Under the pieces are notes generated by a model. It was not told the origin of the DNA, made no database searches, and worked only from the letters and a program-made list of their open reading frames with translations. Position numbers and translations under genes: made by a program. Positions 28,225 through 35,323 of a stretch of 63,273 nucleotides of DNA are shown in pieces. This stretch comes from a virus (lineage: Duplodnaviria; Caudoviricetes). Position 1 is the first letter of the stretch. The number at the start of each line of letters is the position of its first letter. The DNA lies in IMG/VR virus record IMGVR_UViG_3300036770_005137, positions 1-63,273 of that record; one strand, given 5' to 3'.

Positions 28225-28765
28225 ATATTATTCCATAGCTATCAAATTCTTTAACAGTAACTATAACATCAGTATTTTTATCAAAATTATACTTTACCTT
28301 TTTTCCAGATTTAAGATTATCTAAAGTTAATTCTATAGACTTTTTTAATATGTTCAGATTAGAACTATCTGTTACAAAAAATTTATAAATTCTCTTATCA
28401 TTAACTATGAAACTAGATTCAAAGTTATTCAACTTAAAAGTTAGTGATCCTTTTGACACCGTGATTAATAAATTTACCGAATCACTGTTAGAAACTTTAT
28501 TAATTACACACAGGTCGTAAAAGTTTTTAACAGTTACAGACTTTTGCTCAAGTTGTATTCTGTCAGATATTTTAACTTTAAAATTCTTAATCTCTTTCTT
28601 ACTTTCAACAAAATCAACTACAAATTTTTCAGAAACTTCAATATAGTTTCCTTCTGATAACTTTTCATTGGTCAATGATAAAATATCACCTTGCTCATTA
28701 TAATAGAGATAAAAATTATTAGGGCGTAAAGTTAATGGTGGTAATTCAATAATTCTATATGCCAT
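28208..28765 (-). CDS. hypothetical protein
   Basis: 185-aa ORF overlapping both neighbours. Confidence 0.7.
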   Translation of the reverse strand: MAYRIIELPPLTLRPNNFYLYYNEQGDILSLTNEKLSEGNYIEVSEKFVVDFVESKKEIKNFKVKISDRIQLEQKSVTVKNFYDLCVINKVSNSDSVNLLITVSKGSLTFKLNNFESSFIVNDKRIYKFFVTDSSNLNILKKSIELTLDNLKSGKKVKYNFDKNTDVIVTVKEFDSYGIIYDTKN

Positions 28766-29582
28766 TTGCTTTCTCTAACTTTTTAACTATATCGCTAGTT
28801 AAAAAACTATCTTCTACGTAATGAAATAACCCAGTTTGCTTAAAATTACCCACTATCAATTCTAAATCGTCATTTAAGTAGGGCAATACATATGGTTGCC
28901 AAGTCTCTAAATTGTTAATACCCCATGACTGAATACCTGGTTTCATATGAGTAAAAGATAATATTTGATTATTAGTTAAACCTAGCATTTGTGAAACTAT
29001 CGATGACGATACATCCATGCTACAAAATTTTTGTGTATTCTTAGGTGTATATAGTTCGTAGAAGTCTTTATAATTTTTCATTATTACTTCTAGCCATTTA
29101 AAAAACTCAAACGTATTTTTATTTTTTTTAAAATAAAATAATCCGCAATAAACATCAGGTAATAAATTTGCAGCAAAAACTTTCCTATAAGGATTATTTT
29201 GGCATGTAACTAGATTTCCTTTATAGTCATAGACTCTATTAGTTAATTGTAAATCTTCTTTTTCTAGGTAATACCATAAATGATCATTGCTATCTAACAA
29301 TAACATATCAGAATCATAAACTAAATTTTCTTTAAACGGACTTACATAGACCATTTTCCATCTGTTTTCAATTTTCCATTCCGACTTTTCTGCCATATCT
29401 CCCCATGGAAATTTAACAATATGATCAAATACATTAATATAATCTACAGGAACAGCATCGTTGGTTATTAGGCAAACTTCATTGATTTTATTGAACTTCT
29501 TAATACTTAAGGCCAAGGCATAAGCTTGTCGGATATAATCTATATCGGAATTCTGTGCAAATATCAAATGTCCTTTACTCAC
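28755..29582 (-). CDS. nucleotide-diphospho-sugar transferase-like (GT-A) protein
   Basis: FAQN...YIRQAYALALSIK, SPFKENLVYDSD (DxD), GLFYFKK and HMK. Confidence 0.7.
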   Translation of the reverse strand: MSKGHLIFAQNSDIDYIRQAYALALSIKKFNKINEVCLITNDAVPVDYINVFDHIVKFPWGDMAEKSEWKIENRWKMVYVSPFKENLVYDSDMLLLDSNDHLWYYLEKEDLQLTNRVYDYKGNLVTCQNNPYRKVFAANLLPDVYCGLFYFKKNKNTFEFFKWLEVIMKNYKDFYELYTPKNTQKFCSMDVSSSIVSQMLGLTNNQILSFTHMKPGIQSWGINNLETWQPYVLPYLNDDLELIVGNFKQTGLFHYVEDSFLTSDIVKKLEKANGI

Positions 29583-30390
29583 TATAACACCTCAAAACAC
29601 TAAACTTATTCATAACATGGACATCAGTATTCTTGACTGAAACCGGTTGTAATGCAGAATCATTGTTATTTGCTACTAAAAAAGTAAATCTCTGTCCACT
29701 ATCTTTAATTAAAAAGTCAGTATCAATTGTAAAAAATTTCTTACCTGGAATAAAACCAAAATGTTTTGAAACTCTATGCTGGAAAAACAAATGTATAGCA
29801 ATACTAAAAGCAAAATCATTCCTGTATTTCATCTCTTTAATTTGATACAAATAACAGTAGTAAAACCAATTGTCTCGAATATACTTAATTAAGGTAAAAA
29901 ACATCTGTGTTGTTTGAGTTTTCTTGAAATAAAAAACAGTTGCCCAATAAAATTTAATAGAGAAAGGATTTATATAGTCAAACTCAGTTAAGTTACGTTT
30001 TGAAGATAAATCAAAATGTTCATTAAATATCAAAAAATCTTTATCTGATTCAAAACAACAATTTAACCAATTGCTATTTAAAATATAATCAACATCTATT
30101 ACTAGTGTTTCATCATAAGGGCTCAAATCATAGGCATCTGCTCTAGTAAAATTAAGCCATTTTACTTTTGTAAAATTATCTTCCCCGTCTTTAAGCATTC
30201 TGTATTGTATTTTTTCATCAGAAACATTGATAATTTGATCGAATAATCCTTTATCGTTTTCATAATACTCATTAACAACTATAGAAACAGGAAGATTTAA
30301 AAAATCCGCTACTTTTTTAGCTGCAATTTCTGCTAAATCAGTATATTTAAACTCGCCATTTTGGGCAAATAACAAAACACCTTTAGTCAT
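29575..30390 (-). CDS. nucleotide-diphospho-sugar transferase-like (GT-A) protein
   Basis: FAQN, SPYDETLVIDVD (DxD), VFYFKK, RNDFAFS and HVMNK; paralogue of 28755-29582. Confidence 0.7.
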   Translation of the reverse strand: MTKGVLLFAQNGEFKYTDLAEIAAKKVADFLNLPVSIVVNEYYENDKGLFDQIINVSDEKIQYRMLKDGEDNFTKVKWLNFTRADAYDLSPYDETLVIDVDYILNSNWLNCCFESDKDFLIFNEHFDLSSKRNLTEFDYINPFSIKFYWATVFYFKKTQTTQMFFTLIKYIRDNWFYYCYLYQIKEMKYRNDFAFSIAIHLFFQHRVSKHFGFIPGKKFFTIDTDFLIKDSGQRFTFLVANNNDSALQPVSVKNTDVHVMNKFSVLRCYSE

Positions 30391-30730
30391 CTAACATGCT
30401 TTCTATTTTTTTATTAGATGTAATCTTTTTATAACCATAGAAAAATAAATTTGTCGCTTCTTTATAATGACTCATTAAACTGTCAAAAAAATCATTTATA
30501 TTTTCTATTAGAACCGGTGTATTATTATCATCTACTAAAACATAAGATTCAATATTATTGGATTTTAAAACATTTACAAAAGACAGACGTTGCTCAGTAG
30601 CAGCAAATGATCCCCCGTTATAGTAATAGATCAACGATTGAGAAAATTCTTCATCTAAAATACGCTTTTGATTATTAAATGTGGCCATCAAACTGGCCAT
30701 TTCGAATGCCTTTTTAACTTTAGGATCCAT
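30383..30730 (-). CDS. hypothetical protein, first gene of the biosynthetic block
   Basis: 115 aa, GGAG Shine-Dalgarno. Confidence 0.7.
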   Translation of the reverse strand: MDPKVKKAFEMASLMATFNNQKRILDEEFSQSLIYYYNGGSFAATEQRLSFVNVLKSNNIESYVLVDDNNTPVLIENINDFFDSLMSHYKEATNLFFYGYKKITSNKKIESMLDD

Positions 30731-30755
30731 GAAAACTCCGTAATTATATTACTGT

Positions 30756-30784
30756 ATAATATAATTATGCGAAGCAAAAGTCAA
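30756..30784 (-). promoter_or_regulatory. sigma70-like promoter in front of the biosynthetic block
   Basis: Minus strand TTGACT (30784-30779), 17 bp, TATTAT (30761-30756). Confidence 0.55.
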
Positions 30785-30790
30785 GAGAAA

Positions 30791-30797
30791 TATTTAT
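30791..30797 (-). promoter_or_regulatory. T4-like late promoter motif (ATAAATA)
   Basis: Minus strand CATAAATAT, overlapping the upstream stop; the same core occurs before structural genes. Confidence 0.45.
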
Positions 30798-31741
30798 GAC
30801 GTTCCAGCGGTAACTGTAACAGCACTATAAGTCGGTGAATTTATTGTTACATAACTGCCCGAAGGACGGTCTTGACTAAAACTAAAAGTTAAAGTTCCGT
30901 TCACTTCTTCGTCAACAGCATTTGGATAAGGATCTAATGGTGTTGTATCATCGCCAGTGTCTAAATCAAAACATTTGACTGTAAAAATTATATCTGTTTG
31001 GTTAGCATCAGTAAATCTAGCATTTATAGTGAAATAATTTTCTGAATAAACACCACTTCCAACATCTTTTCGAAAAATTTGCTGATTAGTTGTGGTAAGA
31101 TCGAGTCCGCCTATTGAGCTTGTAGTTCCTGTTCCTGTGCAAGTAGTTTGAGTGTAATTCATACTAATTGTGCCTGCATTAGTAAACAGGTCAGACCAAA
31201 TTTGACTTTTCGATCCTGTAAACGTTGCTAAACTTAAACGTATTTTTAACTTACCGCCGGCATTGAAAAAGTAACGAAGTCCTCTTCTTTTTCCATCCCC
31301 GTTCATATCAAAACCACTTACGGTGCATGTAGCAGTAAGAACGTGGTTACTTGCACTTTGCTGCCCCCAAGATGCAGTCCTTGTTCCTGATGCCTTAGCT
31401 TCATCTGGAGTAAACTGCCCAGAGGCTATAGTATATCTATTAGTGATTGCATTATCCGATTCTGTATCTAAGGTGCCTAATAAGGTTTGAGCAGACACCT
31501 GTCCACTCACGGCAAGTGCAGTAGTATCTGCACCTGTTTGATGATACCGAGAATTGTTTACATATGTTCTAAGACTCACATAATCTGCTGCTGTAATAAC
31601 CTTACCACTGCCGCTGGCAGCAGGATTAGCTGCTAATGTCTGTCCATACCCATCATCATTTCTCCCATAGACTCCATCAATTTTATTATAAACTGAAGTG
31701 AAGTCTGTATCTTCTTGAACTGACCCTTTTGTTATAGCCAT
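30794..31741 (-). CDS. virion structural protein (tail-associated), paralogue of 31750-32715
   Basis: Gly/Ser/Thr-rich; GYGQ and RYFFNAGGK shared with the neighbour; located in the tail-fibre block. Confidence 0.65.
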   Translation of the reverse strand: MAITKGSVQEDTDFTSVYNKIDGVYGRNDDGYGQTLAANPAASGSGKVITAADYVSLRTYVNNSRYHQTGADTTALAVSGQVSAQTLLGTLDTESDNAITNRYTIASGQFTPDEAKASGTRTASWGQQSASNHVLTATCTVSGFDMNGDGKRRGLRYFFNAGGKLKIRLSLATFTGSKSQIWSDLFTNAGTISMNYTQTTCTGTGTTSSIGGLDLTTTNQQIFRKDVGSGVYSENYFTINARFTDANQTDIIFTVKCFDLDTGDDTTPLDPYPNAVDEEVNGTLTFSFSQDRPSGSYVTINSPTYSAVTVTAGTS

Positions 31742-31749
31742 TTGCCAAC

Positions 31750-32715
31750 TTATGATGTTCCAACACTAAAACCAACAGCACCATATACGGGTGAAGCCAC
31801 TGTTACATAACTACCTGAAGGTCTGTCTTGTTTAAAAGATACAGATAAGTTACCATCAACAGCTTCGTCGACTCCTGGACCTAATGGAGGAACTCCCGGT
31901 CTTTGATCTCCTGTATCCAAATCATAACATTTTATAGTAAAAATAATAGCAGTTTCCGAAACATCACTAAATCTTGCCCATACCCTAAAATAATTTTCTG
32001 AATAAACTACACCAGTAGCTGATTTAGTATAAATTTGTTGATCCGAAGTTGTAAGATCCAGGCCGCCAATACCACTTCCAGTTCCTGAACTAGCAGAAGT
32101 TTGAGTATAATCCATAACAATTGTTCCGGCTGAAGAAAACGCTTCTGCCCAACGATCGCCTTTTCCTTGTCCAATCATAGCAGGATCTGTAGCAGCACTG
32201 TATCCACTTAATTCTAAATTAATTTTAATTTTTCCACCTGCATTGAAGAAGTAACGAAGACCTCGTCTTGCACCATCTCCGTTCATATCTCCCCCGCTTA
32301 CAGTGCATGTAGCAGTAAGAACGTGGTTACTTAGACTCTGTTGCCCCCAACTAGAAGTATATGTGTTTGAAGCTTTAGCTTCATCTGGTGTAAACTGTCC
32401 GCTAGCCACTGTATATTTTGCAGATACACAATCATCTGCCATCAAATTGTAGCTGCTTAGGTGGCTATATGAAATAATTGTAGTGTTACCCACATCTGTT
32501 AAACTTGCGCTTCCGGCTTGATGTATTCTAGCATTAACTACATATGTTCGTAAATCATCCCAATGTGAAGCATAAATTAATAACCCATCAGCTACAGGAT
32601 TAGAATTCATCAACTGCCCATAACCGCCGTCATTTCGTCCATAAACAGAAGAAATTTTATTATATACTGTTGTATAATCTACATCTTCTACTAGTTGACC
32701 TACACCAAATGCCAT
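31750..32715 (-). CDS. virion structural protein (tail-associated), paralogue of 30794-31741
   Basis: Shares SGQFTPDEAKAS, NHVLTATCTVSG, RRGLRYFFNAGGK and QDRPSGSYVT with the neighbour. Confidence 0.65.
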   Translation of the reverse strand: MAFGVGQLVEDVDYTTVYNKISSVYGRNDGGYGQLMNSNPVADGLLIYASHWDDLRTYVVNARIHQAGSASLTDVGNTTIISYSHLSSYNLMADDCVSAKYTVASGQFTPDEAKASNTYTSSWGQQSLSNHVLTATCTVSGGDMNGDGARRGLRYFFNAGGKIKINLELSGYSAATDPAMIGQGKGDRWAEAFSSAGTIVMDYTQTSASSGTGSGIGGLDLTTSDQQIYTKSATGVVYSENYFRVWARFSDVSETAIIFTIKCYDLDTGDQRPGVPPLGPGVDEAVDGNLSVSFKQDRPSGSYVTVASPVYGAVGFSVGTS

Positions 32716-32724
32716 TTCTTTTCC

Positions 32725-34242
32725 TTAGAGTATTACTGCTTCGATCAATTTTAAAGAATGGTCATCGGAACTTTCTAAAGCTATAGCAAATGTTTCTGCA
32801 TTATTCACCAAGCCTGATATAGCAACTCCGTCGTTAGAGGCTCTTAGCCTATCACCTTTCTTAACTGTGCCCATAACTTTTACTGGAACACGACCTTTCA
32901 ATGCTACTAAGGTTCCTCCTTCTAAACCACTGTTCATTATATATGCCGGATGCGAACTGACTACACCAATTGCTCTGTCACCAATTCGACTAGCAGTTAT
33001 TTCTTTTTCTCCGCCTACTGAAACTACTGTTCCTACCTCATAATCTTGATCTGCAAGGTATTTTTCTGCTAAGTCAGCGTATCTAGCACTGGTAGCAGTT
33101 CCATTAAACACACCTGCATAAACATCGCCGTCGGCATTTCTTGCCACAATAGTATTTGCTGTAGCAGTTGTAGCAGCAGCTCGATAATCCGAGTTAACTA
33201 GTAAAGTATTTGCTCCTTCTGCATTTCCACTAAACGAGTTACCATAAACAATATTAAATTTTCTTGTGCTTGACCCTATATTGTTTACACCTGTAGTTGC
33301 ACTTCCCGAAGGATCATAACCAGGTAAAAGATTTTGTCCGTCAATTTCTAATGGAAAACGATTCCCTCCAGAATATGTTTGAAATCTAATTAATGAGCTT
33401 ACTGCATTACGTATTACAGGAACAGTTCCATTGCTAATAAAAACTTCTAAATCATTATCATTTCCAACAGTAAATCCTGGATCATAAAACCTAACTAAAT
33501 TAGGAAATACAGTGTTTATAGCACTTACAAAATCAATGTCTTTCTTTCCATTTAGTCTTAAACTATTGCTCGCTGTTCCCCAAAAACTGAACTTAGGCTC
33601 AGAGTCGGATAAATTTACATCAGTAACACCATATGTCGCTGAACTAGTATTTGTCTCAGTGGTATAGGCTAAAGTTAATCCTTCTTTTATTTTAACGAAC
33701 CCACCACTTAGTATCTGCCCTGAAGCAATAGTGAATTCAGACTTGCTAATAATGTATACTGTTTCATCATTAATAATACATTCTATTACCGCATGAGTGC
33801 CGCCTGTAGTATCTAAAACTGTTCGACTACGAAATTGAGTAATCCCGAACCCTTCAGCAACATCAGGACCTACTAGAGTATAATCAACTCCATTGTGGAC
33901 ATACAATTGATTTGTTGATGTTTTCAACCATAAATCACCTGTAGTGAGTCCAGTAGGAGGTGTGGACTTAGCAAAGGCTCCGCTAGCTGTTTTCCAATCT
34001 GTTCCACTATAATATGACAGCCTTTTAGTAGAACTATTATACCATAATTGTCCACTTACAGGACGAGACGGACCTTCTGGGCTTGAAAAATTTTCTAAAA
34101 GGTGGACAAAATTCTCATTCTGAACTTCACCATATCCAGCATAATTTTTTCCTATGAGCTTTATATCAAGAGTACTGTCAATGGTACCATCTTCAACTAC
34201 TGTTAGCTGAACTCCATTATATCTATCAATGCTGTATGGCAT
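32725..34242 (-). CDS. tail fibre protein with C-terminal intramolecular chaperone/autoprotease-like domain
   Basis: N-terminal GKNYAGYG...ENFVHLLENF; C-terminal YADLAEKY...IGVVS...VALKGRVPVKV. Confidence 0.75.
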   Translation of the reverse strand: MPYSIDRYNGVQLTVVEDGTIDSTLDIKLIGKNYAGYGEVQNENFVHLLENFSSPEGPSRPVSGQLWYNSSTKRLSYYSGTDWKTASGAFAKSTPPTGLTTGDLWLKTSTNQLYVHNGVDYTLVGPDVAEGFGITQFRSRTVLDTTGGTHAVIECIINDETVYIISKSEFTIASGQILSGGFVKIKEGLTLAYTTETNTSSATYGVTDVNLSDSEPKFSFWGTASNSLRLNGKKDIDFVSAINTVFPNLVRFYDPGFTVGNDNDLEVFISNGTVPVIRNAVSSLIRFQTYSGGNRFPLEIDGQNLLPGYDPSGSATTGVNNIGSSTRKFNIVYGNSFSGNAEGANTLLVNSDYRAAATTATANTIVARNADGDVYAGVFNGTATSARYADLAEKYLADQDYEVGTVVSVGGEKEITASRIGDRAIGVVSSHPAYIMNSGLEGGTLVALKGRVPVKVMGTVKKGDRLRASNDGVAISGLVNNAETFAIALESSDDHSLKLIEAVIL

Positions 34243-34264
34243 TACTTAAACCCCTTATTCTATA

Positions 34265-34271
34265 TATTTAT
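34265..34271 (-). promoter_or_regulatory. T4-like late promoter motif
   Basis: Minus strand ATAAATAT in the short intergenic gap upstream of 34242. Confidence 0.55.
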
Positions 34272-34273
34272 TA

Positions 34274-35323
34274 TTAATGCAAATCTACCCAGGCACCGTT
34301 AGCATAAGCTTGTATCTTGTTTAACGTGCTATTGTATATAAGCTCACCATTTTCCTGATCTGTCCTTGCATCTCTATCTAGAGTAGTATAAACTGGTAGT
34401 TTTATTTTAGAACTAGCACGAAGACTTCCTGTGATATCTAAACTATACTGAGGATTATCATTAAAAATGCCCACACGCTTGTTAACAGCACCATTATCTG
34501 CAATAATAAATCCATTATTAGTTACATTAATCTTGACCTGCCCTGCTAGACCTAGATAAAGAGGAGTCTCATTAGCTATTCTAATCGGGCCTACAGCAGA
34601 ATTATCTATATCATTCCTTAAGAAAACTTGAGCGCTTACTGCTGTTCCATTAGCGAGATTAACTGTATCTGCGTTAGAAGCAGTAACATTAAATTTTAAG
34701 CTGTTAGTTCCTGTAGTGGGTATGTTACAAATATTAAAACCGGGCTTGATAGGATTATTAACTACTCCTGAACTAAAAATACCTGAAGGAATAGAAAAAT
34801 TCACGGTGTTCTTACTGAATATACCAAGAACTGCTCCACCTAACCATAGAACTAATATAACACGTTCTAAATTATCAGTGTCTCTTATTGTTTTAACTTC
34901 AAATCCACTAACACCCTGGCTCTGCTTATAGATAGGGCCAGCTAATTTTAATCCTTCTTGCCCATCATAAAAATAAAGTTGATTTTCAGCACTGTCGATC
35001 CAAAAGTCTCCCTGAGTTAAATTAGCAGTTAATGGAGCAGTTCCTGATACAATAGGTCCGCTACTTTGTTTCCATTGCTGTCCATTATAGACTTTTAGCC
35101 TCAATTCATTAGTGTCAAACCATAATTGCCCTGTAATTGGCCTGTTAGGAGAACTTGTAGAGGCAAAATTTTCTAAAAGGTGAACAAAGTTTTCATTTAA
35201 GAATTCACCAAAATTAGAAGTATTTTTTCCAATTAAAGTTAAATCGCTAGCTACTTGATCTATAGTGCTGTCAATTATCTCTGTTAACAGAGACCCATCT
35301 GTTTTGTTTATTTTATAAGTCAT
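34274..35323 (-). CDS. tail fibre-related protein
   Basis: Same N-terminal domain (LIGKN...ENFVHLLENFAS...GQLWF) as both neighbours. Confidence 0.7.
   Translation of the reverse strand: MTYKINKTDGSLLTEIIDSTIDQVASDLTLIGKNTSNFGEFLNENFVHLLENFASTSSPNRPITGQLWFDTNELRLKVYNGQQWKQSSGPIVSGTAPLTANLTQGDFWIDSAENQLYFYDGQEGLKLAGPIYKQSQGVSGFEVKTIRDTDNLERVILVLWLGGAVLGIFSKNTVNFSIPSGIFSSGVVNNPIKPGFNICNIPTTGTNSLKFNVTASNADTVNLANGTAVSAQVFLRNDIDNSAVGPIRIANETPLYLGLAGQVKINVTNNGFIIADNGAVNKRVGIFNDNPQYSLDITGSLRASSKIKLPVYTTLDRDARTDQENGELIYNSTLNKIQAYANGAWVDLH

Noticed and set aside
3584-30730. Bacterial chromosomal island or host contamination
   Set aside because: The block is contiguous and co-directional with phage tail genes and overlaps phage thyX. 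No integrase, transposase or att-like boundary is visible.
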